Assembly: GCA_045593485.1 (NCBI GenBank)
Contig: JAZNWS010000157.1
Location: forward strand, 1-41,575
Length of the DNA stretch: 41,575 nt
Reading direction: 5' to 3'
From: Eubacteriales bacterium
Lineage (GTDB): Bacteria > Bacillota > Clostridia > Oscillospirales > CAG-272
Part shown: positions 34,023-41,575 of the stretch, in pieces
Layout: the number at the start of each line of letters is the position of its first letter
Position numbering within the stretch: position 1 is the first letter of the stretch
The notes under the pieces: model-generated
Seen by the model: the letters and a program-made list of their open reading frames with translations, nothing else
Told to the model about the DNA's origin: nothing
Database searches by the model: none
Made by a program: the position numbers and the translations under genes

Positions 34023-36743
34023 TCATGCGGAAATCAGCACGACTGAGACGGAAATGTCATCCTTGTGTCTGCCATCGGGAGTATTTTCAATAGCAAGAGA
34101 TAGAATCTTGTTTTTGACCTCCCCCGTAAATCTTTCAAGGATTTCGGGAGACGGCTCATTTTTAGGTATGCTTATCTCGGATAGGTAGTCCACAAGCCAG
34201 GGACAGTCCTCGCTGTCGGGACAGCAGCCGTCGCTCACCATTACCACCATATCCCAGGGACTTGTATCAAAGCGAGTGAGTTTTGCGTCGGCTTGCTTGA
34301 TAATTCCCACGGGCATTGTGCGGGAGTTGATCTTATAGACCGTCTGCTCGCGGCAGATAAACGTTGGAGCTGCGCCACTTTTTATGAACGACGCGCAGCC
34401 ATTCATAAGGTCAAGCTCAAAAAGGTCAAGCGTTGCCGAGCACTCCTCTCCAAGACCTATATTTTCAGAGCGCAGAAAGTTGTTGAGCATTCGGACGGTT
34501 ATGTCCGCGCGGTTGCCCGCCATAAGCATTTTTTCAACGAACATGGACGACACCTCGCTGGCAAGTGCGGCAGACGGGCCGCTACCCATTCCGTCGCTGA
34601 TTAGCGAGTAAAAATAGGAGTTTCCATTCACAAAGACCCTCGTGCAATCACCACAGGAATCCTCCTTGAAAAATTTTATCCCGTCAGACTCAAGAATTTC
34701 AGCGTAAAAGCTATCCTTGTCAATATCGGCGGCAAGTCGTCCGTGAGAGCATATTGCACTGAGCTTGGGCTTTGAATAAAACGTCATAACCGTCTCATCG
34801 GCGGACATTTCAAAGATAGGGCCGATAAGACTAATACCCACTATGTCGCTGATTTTTTTGCAAAGCTCGCCGCCCGAGAGAGGGGGAGATTTTTGTGTCG
34901 CTGAGCCCTTGACAAGCACCCGTCTGTTGCGCTTGCCGCAAACAACGACGCCCTTTATTTTATAATTTGCCTCTGTCAGCATATCAAATATCTGCTCGCC
35001 AAGCGCGAGATCACATTCATATTCCTCTCCGTCGTCCTCCAGCGCGTCTCTCAGAATTGCGCCGATATCGTCAAAATTTGAGGCGAAAATGCCGATCTTC
35101 TGATTTTGAATAAGGCTTTCGGTGGCGGATCTGCACTCGCCGTTGACGTCGGTGACTATCCTCTGAGCGCGGGGGCAGGAGGACGTAAAGGTATTTGGCA
35201 GGTCGGCGAGCTCGACGTCTCCGCGAGTGTGCAGGCAGGACGTGATTTTATTTATGACCTCAAGGGTTTCGCTGTACCCCACGCCCCAGCAAACGTCTCG
35301 GTTTCTGCATCCCTCGCAATTTTTTGAGAATGCGTTGTCGGATATTTTTTGAATTCCGAGGATGTCGGGACGTCGAAATCTGTCAACGAGGTCGTTGAAG
35401 GTTTCAGAGAGCGAGGAAAACGCCTCGGAAAGCGCGCCAAGCTTGTCCGTCATGCCCTCATTCTTTTCTCTCTCGGTCACAGCCTCGGCAAAATACACGC
35501 CCGCGCTCGTCCGCGCCTTTTGTTCAAATATTTTACTTACCGCGTCGCTCTCCTCACAAGCTCGCTCGGGGAATATGACGGCGTAATATTTGTCAGCCAC
35601 AAAAAATACGGGAATAGAAACAAGCATAGGAGTGAGAGTGCTGACAAGTCCCGTTGTGCCCCCAAAATAGTAGCACCATAAAACCACGCTAAAGCTTACC
35701 AGCCCCAAGGCGATACCTTTTCGCAAGGGGGAAATAAGGCCGTATATGAGCGCGCAGATAAGAAGCAGCGGAGCGTAGAGTGGGTTGTATATAAGACCGA
35801 AGGTAAGACCCGCCAAGGCTCCCGACACTACCCCTCGCGTGCCTGTAATAAAAAGTGTAAATAGGGTTGCCACAAAGGGCGCTATGGGAATTCCAAGAGC
35901 CATTGCGCCGTCTGCCGACCAGACGGCAGCGCACAGTATCAAAAACCAGGAGATCGAGTGCCGCCACGAGCGAAGGCTCACGTCCTCACAGTCCGCGCCC
36001 GAAAACAGCAAAACTATTACGGGGGAGAGAAGAATCAGACAGAGCGCGCCGAACATATTAAAAAAAGCGTAATTTCCGTCAACCAGAGAAAAAAGACCGC
36101 AAACGAAACCGCCGATGCTCGCAAAGAGCGCCTTTGCGGCAAGGCTTTCGTTGTATTTATGACTTTGTGTGGTCGGGAGCTGCTGAGACGGAGTGTTTAT
36201 TCCTAAAATTTTTTCCGCAAAGGATTTAGAAGGAATAAAAACTCCTTCCTTGAAGCCTTTTTTCTTTGTCACCTCACCCTCGATCATCAAAAGCTCGTCT
36301 TCCATAAATCCGTCGAGATTTATGGTCGTGGCTTTTATGGAGTCTTTATTTTTTTCGTGAAAGTCGGGGACAAATGAGATAATTATTCTGAATATAAGAA
36401 TGACGAGTCCGCCCCATAAAACGGGCAAGCCAACTCTTCCCATAAGCGCCGCGACGGCGATGCCCAAAAAGGCGGGAACGAGATTATTTTCCGTGACACA
36501 CAAAAAACACAATGCAAAGGGCTGCGCCCCAAACACGAGCATACCGCCGGATAATATCCAGGAGAGAAAAAAGCTACAAAACCATGAAACAAATTTTTGA
36601 AGCCGCGCTCTCGCTTTGTCTCCCGACGGGGATATTTTGGATATTATTTTTTCTATGTAGGCTTGTCCCTTTTGCTCACGGGCATTTTGTTTTGCGGACG
36701 TCTTACCTCTTTTAGCTGTGTCCTTGTTTTTTTCTTGTTGCAT
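34023..36743 (-). CDS. spoIIE: stage II sporulation protein E (membrane PP2C phosphatase)
   Basis: I preferred the ATG at 36743 (GGAG upstream) over the TTG at 36770. 906 aa. About 10 N-terminal TM segments and a C-terminal PP2C domain with SDGMGSG and VMVSDGC. Confidence 0.85.
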   Translation of the reverse strand: MQQEKNKDTAKRGKTSAKQNAREQKGQAYIEKIISKISPSGDKARARLQKFVSWFCSFFLSWILSGGMLVFGAQPFALCFLCVTENNLVPAFLGIAVAALMGRVGLPVLWGGLVILIFRIIISFVPDFHEKNKDSIKATTINLDGFMEDELLMIEGEVTKKKGFKEGVFIPSKSFAEKILGINTPSQQLPTTQSHKYNESLAAKALFASIGGFVCGLFSLVDGNYAFFNMFGALCLILLSPVIVLLFSGADCEDVSLRSWRHSISWFLILCAAVWSADGAMALGIPIAPFVATLFTLFITGTRGVVSGALAGLTFGLIYNPLYAPLLLICALIYGLISPLRKGIALGLVSFSVVLWCYYFGGTTGLVSTLTPMLVSIPVFFVADKYYAVIFPERACEESDAVSKIFEQKARTSAGVYFAEAVTEREKNEGMTDKLGALSEAFSSLSETFNDLVDRFRRPDILGIQKISDNAFSKNCEGCRNRDVCWGVGYSETLEVINKITSCLHTRGDVELADLPNTFTSSCPRAQRIVTDVNGECRSATESLIQNQKIGIFASNFDDIGAILRDALEDDGEEYECDLALGEQIFDMLTEANYKIKGVVVCGKRNRRVLVKGSATQKSPPLSGGELCKKISDIVGISLIGPIFEMSADETVMTFYSKPKLSAICSHGRLAADIDKDSFYAEILESDGIKFFKEDSCGDCTRVFVNGNSYFYSLISDGMGSGPSAALASEVSSMFVEKMLMAGNRADITVRMLNNFLRSENIGLGEECSATLDLFELDLMNGCASFIKSGAAPTFICREQTVYKINSRTMPVGIIKQADAKLTRFDTSPWDMVVMVSDGCCPDSEDCPWLVDYLSEISIPKNEPSPEILERFTGEVKNKILSLAIENTPDGRHKDDISVSVVLISA

Positions 36744-36880
36744 TTTTACTCCGTTCTGCCAAAATGGCAACTGATGATTTTTGCGAGGTCTGTCCGAATA
36801 AAATCAAAAAACACTCTGTTTTAAGTGGATTTGAAGGCATTTCGCGAGCAAATTGCGTCACGGCAGACATCAACATATAT

Positions 36881-36914
36881 ATTATAAAGGATTTAGGGGG
36901 AGAAGTATGTCGAA
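36881..36914 (-). promoter_or_regulatory. candidate Spo0A-activated sigma-A promoter of spoIIE (0A box TTCGACA - 21 nt - TATAAT)
   Basis: Minus strand: ttcgaca tacttctccccctaaatcctt tataat. Two more 0A-like boxes lie upstream at 36942-36948 and 36982-36988. Confidence 0.4.
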
Positions 36915-37069
36915 GTAAATTTGTGCTTTTGCGGGTTGTTTTGTCGCAAATGGGGTTTGCGAGGGGAATTTGGCGGTTGTTTGTCAAAGTAGATGTAAGT
37001 ATTTGACGGGGAGTGTAGAAAAAAGCAGAAGGATGCCGAGCGAAATTACGGAAAAATAAGAAAAATCTA

Positions 37070-37098
37070 TTTACTTTTGTTCTCGTCCGTGTTAAAAT
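37070..37098 (+). promoter_or_regulatory. candidate sigma-A promoter (TTTACT-17-TAAAAT) for the SLOG gene
   Basis: tttact at 37070-37075 and taaaat at 37093-37098. Confidence 0.35.
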
Positions 37099-37129
37099 TA
37101 TTTTACTACTTAAATGGGAGGGCAGGACA

Positions 37130-37612
37130 ATGACGGTCTGTTTTACGGGACACCGAAAGCTTGAGCCACATAACATAGTGCAGACTGTAAGCCTGCTGGA
37201 AGAAAAAATAGAGAGGCTTGCAGGGACGGGAGCCGCTCTTTCGGAGAATGTTGATTTCCGCGCGGGCGGAGCGGTGGGGTTTGACACGCTTGCGGCGCTT
37301 TGCGTCTTGTCCGCAAAAGAAAAATTTTCAAACGTAAGACTTCATCTTCTTCTGCCGTGCAGAGATCAGACCTACGGCTGGAGCGATAGTGACATTGAAA
37401 AATATAACTATATACTCTCGCAGGCGGACTCGGTAAGATACGTCAGCGAGACACGGACGTCGGGATGTATGCTCAAGCGCGACAGAGCGCTTGTTGACGG
37501 CGCGGACCTTTGTATAGCCTATTGCAACAAGACCACGGGCGGCACGGCATATACGGTATCATACGCCAAGGAGCACGGAGTTGAGGTTGAAAATATATAT
37601 ATAAAAAATTGA
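37130..37612 (+). CDS. SLOG-family protein, YpsA/DUF1273-like
   Basis: 160 aa. N-terminal CFTGHRK (compare TGYKP in B. subtilis YpsA), GGAVGFDTLAA and C-terminal GGTAYTVSYAKEHG. GGGAGG RBS. Confidence 0.65.
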   Translation: MTVCFTGHRKLEPHNIVQTVSLLEEKIERLAGTGAALSENVDFRAGGAVGFDTLAALCVLSAKEKFSNVRLHLLLPCRDQTYGWSDSDIEKYNYILSQADSVRYVSETRTSGCMLKRDRALVDGADLCIAYCNKTTGGTAYTVSYAKEHGVEVENIYIKN

Positions 37613-37639
37613 GGCAGCGTATACGCTGCCTCAATTTTG
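37607..37639. terminator. bidirectional terminator between the convergent SLOG gene and spoIIR
   Basis: aattgaggcagcg tata cgctgcctcaatttt. Confidence 0.7.
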
Positions 37640-37641
37640 TT

Positions 37642-38262
37642 TTAATCCGAGCCTAAAGCGCGCTGGATAATCTCAAGGATCTTGAATCGCGCTTTGTATT
37701 TGGGAGTGTCCGTCTCGGTTATGATCTTATACTGCTCGCCCGTAAGGCCCACGGATATGAATGCGTCCTCGTTTTCCTCTCGGCTTGTTGCTGATGATAA
37801 GCAGAGCGGAGGGAACAGACAGCACCACCAATTCTGCCCCTCGCCATCTCCGATGATTATGCGCAGAGACATATATTTGCCCTCGGGAAAGCTGCAGCTT
37901 TCATATTCCTTGGTTGGATAATATTCCTTATCTATGACAACGTCAACAGGGTAGGAATACCCCTCTGCTTTTATGACCTCCGCGGCAGTTTCCTTTATTT
38001 GTGGAATAAGCTCCGAGAGGATTTTTTGCGCATCCTCGCGTGAGGCGCAGCCATCAAGCGCGGGGGCAGTGACAAGTAATACCTCGTCACGCACCTTGAG
38101 CTTCAATGCCTGGTCATCCTCGCTGTCAGAGTTGGCGAGCACGTGAAAGCGCACGACGGAGTCGTATATTTTCTCCTCTCCGTGAACGGGCAGAGCGCTG
38201 ACTATAAACATTGCCGCCAGACAAACGATACATAAAATAAGTAATTTTTGAGCAAATTTCAT
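37642..38262 (-). CDS. spoIIR: stage II sporulation protein R
   Basis: 206 aa. Signal/anchor sequence, then the hallmark VVRFHVLANSDSEDDQALKLKVRDEVL. Confidence 0.9.
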   Translation of the reverse strand: MKFAQKLLILCIVCLAAMFIVSALPVHGEEKIYDSVVRFHVLANSDSEDDQALKLKVRDEVLLVTAPALDGCASREDAQKILSELIPQIKETAAEVIKAEGYSYPVDVVIDKEYYPTKEYESCSFPEGKYMSLRIIIGDGEGQNWWCCLFPPLCLSSATSREENEDAFISVGLTGEQYKIITETDTPKYKARFKILEIIQRALGSD

Positions 38263-38340
38263 TTTTTACCTCCAATAATGTATTTCCTATATAGGATTTC
38301 CGAGGTTGGTTTGTTTTATTCACTCGAAAAATAAATATTA

Positions 38341-38372
38341 TAAAAAAAGCCAACGCCTATGGGCGTTGGCTG
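38341..38372 (-). terminator. intrinsic terminator after the antiporter gene
   Basis: Minus strand: agccaacgcc cata ggcgttggct followed by TTTTTTT. Confidence 0.7.
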
Positions 38373-38378
38373 AATTTA

Positions 38379-39713
38379 TTACATATGCTCGGGGTTTTTG
38401 ATTCTGCGCGAGTGATTTGCGGGCTTGGGGGTAATATCTCCCGCCTTTGTGAGAGCCCATTTTGTGAGCACGGGGCCTACTATTTCATATACCAGGACAC
38501 TGAACAAAATTACGAAACGCACAGTGTTTGCAATTTCCGTGCCGCCAAGCATTGAGTCGTTTGCGACGGTGCTGACCATACCAAGCGCGACTCCCGCCTG
38601 GGGGAGCAGGGTGACGCCAAGGTAATTTAAAATGTTGTGGTCACAGCCCATGAGCTGTGAGGAAAACCTTGCGCCGAAGTATTTTCCCGCGGAACGGAAA
38701 ATAATGTATATGATACCGATAAGCAGAAATTCGGGCTTGAGGAAGACGCTAAGGTCAAGCTCCGCGCCGCTGACGACGAAGAACAAAATAAGCAGAGGCT
38801 TTGTCCAGCTATCCGCACGGCTCATCATCTCGTCTGAGCATTCGCAGACGTTGCAGAACACCGTTCCGCACATCATACACGTCAGAAGAGACGAAAATCC
38901 AATGTGTACAGTTCCTATATGCAGGTTTTTGAGCGCCGTTATAGCAACCGTGATAAACACGAAAGCTATGACGAGCGACAAACGGTTGCTGTTTGAATGG
39001 AAGAGCTTTTCAAGCTCGGAAAGTATCAGTCCGAGAATAGCGCCGATAATAAGCGAGGCAACTATTTCAATAAGCGGCTCTATAATTATGGAGGTGATGC
39101 TTGGATCTCCGCCGCTTATTGCTTTTGCGATTCCCATAAGCACCGCAAAAATTATAAGACCTACCGCGTCGTCAAGCGCAACGATGGGGAGCAGCATATC
39201 CGTAAGCGGTCCCTTTGCCTTATACTGACGTACGACCATCAGGGTTGCCGCGGGAGCGGTGGCTGACGCTATCGCGCCGAGTATCAGTGCCGCGGGCAGG
39301 GGAAGAATGTCGTTTCCTGTCGCGCTGAGAAGAATATAGTGCAGACCTACAAGCGCACCGCAGACCACGAGCGAGGCAACTATTGCCTGAAAGCAGCCTA
39401 TAACAGCTACGTGTTTACCCGTCTTTTTCAAATCGGAAAGCTTGAACTCGCTACCTATTGAAAACGCGATAAAGCCGAGCGCCACGTCAGAGAGTATGCC
39501 GAGCGTGTGAACGTCTGTGAAGTCCTTTGAGGAAAATCCGAGATGATATCCACCCGGTAATGTCACTCTGCCAAGACAGAAGCAGCCGATAATAACTCCC
39601 GCCACAAGATATCCCGTTACCGCGGGGAGCTTGAGTAGCTTGCAGATTCGGGACATAAGCAGTCCGACCATCACGCAAACGGAAATTGAAAGTAAAATCT
39701 GTGTCGTATCCAT
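38379..39713 (-). CDS. cation:proton antiporter (CPA2 / Na+/H+ exchanger family)
   Basis: 444 aa with ~12 TM segments. The N-terminus LLMSRICKLLKLPAVTGYLVAGVIIG is typical of the family. Confidence 0.8.
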   Translation of the reverse strand: MDTTQILLSISVCVMVGLLMSRICKLLKLPAVTGYLVAGVIIGCFCLGRVTLPGGYHLGFSSKDFTDVHTLGILSDVALGFIAFSIGSEFKLSDLKKTGKHVAVIGCFQAIVASLVVCGALVGLHYILLSATGNDILPLPAALILGAIASATAPAATLMVVRQYKAKGPLTDMLLPIVALDDAVGLIIFAVLMGIAKAISGGDPSITSIIIEPLIEIVASLIIGAILGLILSELEKLFHSNSNRLSLVIAFVFITVAITALKNLHIGTVHIGFSSLLTCMMCGTVFCNVCECSDEMMSRADSWTKPLLILFFVVSGAELDLSVFLKPEFLLIGIIYIIFRSAGKYFGARFSSQLMGCDHNILNYLGVTLLPQAGVALGMVSTVANDSMLGGTEIANTVRFVILFSVLVYEIVGPVLTKWALTKAGDITPKPANHSRRIKNPEHM

Positions 39714-39728
39714 AATAAAGTTATCCTA

Positions 39729-40106
39729 TCAATCTATTTCAGCTATCGCTTCGACCTCCACGAGCACGTTCTTGGGGAGGGCTTTTGCCGCAACGCAAGA
39801 GCGTGCGGGCTTTGATGTAAAGTATGTTGCGTATACCTCGTTGAAGGCAGCAAAGTCTGCCATATCGGAAAGAAAGCAGGTGGTCTTTACTACTCGTGTT
39901 ATGTCCGAGCCTGACGCGTCGAGGACCGCCTTGAGGTTCTTGCAGACCTGCTCCGTCTGTCCCTTGATGTCGGTCGCCTCCACCTGACCGCTTGCGGGGT
40001 TTATCGCTATCTGACCTGACGTAAATACGAGTCCGTTTGCTCGTACTGCCTGGCTATACGGTCCTATTGCGTCGGGCGCGTTTTTAGTATATACTCTTTC
40101 TGACAT
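39729..40106 (-). CDS. ridA: RidA-family reactive enamine/imine deaminase
   Basis: Start at MSERVYTKNAPDAIGPYSQAV (AAGAGG upstream). 125 aa. The ATG lies 1 nt after the ilvA stop. Confidence 0.9.
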   Translation of the reverse strand: MSERVYTKNAPDAIGPYSQAVRANGLVFTSGQIAINPASGQVEATDIKGQTEQVCKNLKAVLDASGSDITRVVKTTCFLSDMADFAAFNEVYATYFTSKPARSCVAAKALPKNVLVEVEAIAEID

Positions 40107-40107
40107 A

Positions 40108-41316
40108 TCAATTACCTCTTTCGTTATGTAAGTGCAATCCTGCATCAAGCAGAGCCTTGTTTATTTCATATATATGCTCGTAGTTTCGGGTCTCAAGAAT
40201 GAGTCGGAGGAAGCAGCCGTTGATGTCCTCGGTCTCGCTTCCGCGCTCGTGGCTGACGGAGATGACGTTTCCGCCCTTGGACGCGATTATCTCTGCAACC
40301 TTCTGAAGCTGACCGGGTTTATCCATAAGTTCAATGCAAAGCTCGCAGGAACGTCCTGTTTTATAAAGACCGCGCTTGATGACTCGAGATAGAATTGTAA
40401 CGTCGATATTACCGCCTGAAACCAAGCAGACCACGTTCTTGTTCTTTACGGGAATCTTGTTGAACATTACCGCCGCGACGGAAACTGCGCCAGCGCCCTC
40501 GGCGATCATTTTATGCTGCTCGATAAGAGCGAGGATAGCGGAGCATATCTCGTCCTCGGTGACGGTCACGATGCCGTCAACGTATTGGGTTACAAGCTCA
40601 AAAGTATTTACACCGGGCTGCTTGACCGCAATACCGTCGGCTATCGTGGAGATAGACGAGAGACGCTCTATTCTCTTGTTTGCAATTGAGTTGAGCATAC
40701 TGGGCGCGCCTTGCGCCTGAACGCCGTAGACCTTGCAGTTCGGCTTGAGCTTTTTAATCGCGCAAGCCACACCCGAGATAAGTCCTCCTCCGCCAACGGG
40801 GACAACTACCGCGTCCACGTTCTCAAGGTCGGAGAGAATTTCAAGACCTATGGTGCCCTGACCCGCGATAACTCGCTCGTCGTCAAATGGGTGGACAAAC
40901 GTGTAGCCAAATTCGTCGCGAAGCTCAAGAGCCTTCTTGTATGCGTCGTCATATACTCCCTTGACAAGACAGACCTCTGCGCCATAGCCTTTGGTTGCCT
41001 CGACCTTGGAGATTGGCGCGCCGTCGGGAAGGCAGATGAGAGACTTTATGCCGTATTTGGTTGCAGCGAGAGCCACGCCCTGCGCATGATTTCCCGCGGA
41101 GCAGGCGATAACGCCGCGAGCCTTTTCCTCATCGGTGAGCTGAGAGATCATATATCCTGCGCCGCGCACCTTAAATGAGCCTGTGAGCTGGAGGTTTTCG
41201 GGCTTTAGGTAGACGTTGCAGTCTGGGTTTATGGCAGGGGAGTAGACGAGATTTGTTTTACGCACAACGTCCTTGAGGACGAATGACGCGTGATATATCA
41301 TATCTAAATTAAGCAT
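40108..41316 (-). CDS. ilvA: threonine ammonia-lyase (short form with one C-terminal ACT-like domain)
   Basis: 402 aa. PLP-lysine motif GSFKVRGA, plus SAGNHAQG and PVGGGGLISG. Confidence 0.9.
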   Translation of the reverse strand: MLNLDMIYHASFVLKDVVRKTNLVYSPAINPDCNVYLKPENLQLTGSFKVRGAGYMISQLTDEEKARGVIACSAGNHAQGVALAATKYGIKSLICLPDGAPISKVEATKGYGAEVCLVKGVYDDAYKKALELRDEFGYTFVHPFDDERVIAGQGTIGLEILSDLENVDAVVVPVGGGGLISGVACAIKKLKPNCKVYGVQAQGAPSMLNSIANKRIERLSSISTIADGIAVKQPGVNTFELVTQYVDGIVTVTEDEICSAILALIEQHKMIAEGAGAVSVAAVMFNKIPVKNKNVVCLVSGGNIDVTILSRVIKRGLYKTGRSCELCIELMDKPGQLQKVAEIIASKGGNVISVSHERGSETEDINGCFLRLILETRNYEHIYEINKALLDAGLHLHNERGN

Positions 41317-41347
41317 AATTGGACTTCCTTTTTATAATATATTCTAT

Positions 41348-41376
41348 ATTATAGTCCTAAAGACTTTTTTTGTCAA
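41348..41376 (-). promoter_or_regulatory. consensus sigma-A promoter for ilvA-ridA (TTGACA-17-TATAAT)
   Basis: Minus strand: ttgaca aaaaaagtctttaggac tataat, ~30 nt upstream of the ilvA ATG. Confidence 0.55.
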
Positions 41377-41443
41377 TATGAATTTTGAAATTGATTGGTT
41401 TTCCTTGTGACTTTGCCAGCAGCTGCAAAGTCACCAAAAAGCC

Positions 41444-41484
41444 ACAAAAGGAAAGGGAGGTTGCGATTCCTCCCTTTCCTTTTG
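41444..41484. terminator. hairpin terminator, probably ending a minus-strand gene beyond the right edge
   Basis: ggaaagggagg ttgcgatt cctccctttcc with T-runs on both strands. Confidence 0.5.
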
Positions 41485-41575
41485 ACTCCTATCCCACACA
41501 AACGCTTTTTGAGTTATCGTTTATATTATTAGGACATAAAGTTATTGCTTTCCATAGAAACTATTATGTTGTGTG

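Noticed and set aside
36712-37287. A 191-aa minus-strand ORF spanning the spoIIE/SLOG intergenic region, and an 80-aa plus-strand ORF at 36764..37006.
   Set aside because: Neither has an RBS. Their compositions are not protein-like (S/T/P/R-rich). They overlap promoter elements and the SLOG coding frame.
41407-41434. A 10-bp perfect hairpin gtgactttgc..gcaaagtcac next to the right-edge terminator.
   Set aside because: It has no flanking U-tract and no second copy in the window, and I recognised no motif. There is too little context at the window edge to interpret it.
1-41575. A window-wide scan by eye for CRISPR-like regularly spaced repeats, tRNA/rRNA signatures, IS/transposase or phage genes, toxin-antitoxin pairs and defence-system hallmarks.
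   Set aside because: I recognised none. All ORFs longer than 150 aa are accounted for either by the genes listed or by antisense shadows. This is a negative result from manual reading only, not from a search tool.

Overview
This 41.6-kb chromosomal window reads like a spore-forming Clostridia-class Firmicute. Supporting signs are spoIIE, spoIIR, GGAGG-type ribosome-binding sites and many TTGACA-17-(TGn)TATAAT promoters. All product calls come from motif-level reading of the supplied translations. No database search was possible.

Gene content, left to right:
- nagB (partial), serA and serC on the minus strand.
- A TIM-barrel sugar-phosphate isomerase, cysS and a GtrA-like gene.
- The conserved Firmicute cluster yicC-remA-rpoZ-priA-def-fmt-rsmB-rlmN-[PASTA-only protein]-rsgA-thiN.
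- ygiQ.
- A 5-kb gene for a giant alanine-rich lipoprotein.
- An acidic Cys-cluster zinc-ribbon protein, efp and a YfcE-type phosphodiesterase on the minus strand.
- An MBOAT + DHHW acyltransferase pair.
- A THF-riboswitch-controlled folT-folC fusion, birA, an unknown membrane protein and a lipoprotein metallophosphoesterase on the minus strand.
- spoIIE, a YpsA-like SLOG gene, spoIIR, a CPA2 antiporter, ridA and ilvA.

I recognised no rRNA, tRNA, CRISPR array, transposase, integrase or phage genes.

The most unusual items:
1. The 1,681-aa lipid-anchored predicted coiled-coil protein with a Cys-rich/OB-like C-terminal head. It uses only one TTA/CTA/TCA codon, which leaves a 1,415-codon antisense open frame.
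2. A pair of ~100-nt inverted repeats with a conserved long hairpin that bracket rsmB-rlmN. One copy abuts a kinase-less PASTA protein sitting in the prpC/prkC slot.
3. A folate ECF S-component fused in frame to folylpolyglutamate synthase behind a THF riboswitch.
4. A very acidic protein with 8 Cys in 20 residues plus a zinc ribbon, downstream of efp.

I did not find a multi-gene system that I can confidently call novel. The giant surface protein is the best candidate for undescribed biology.
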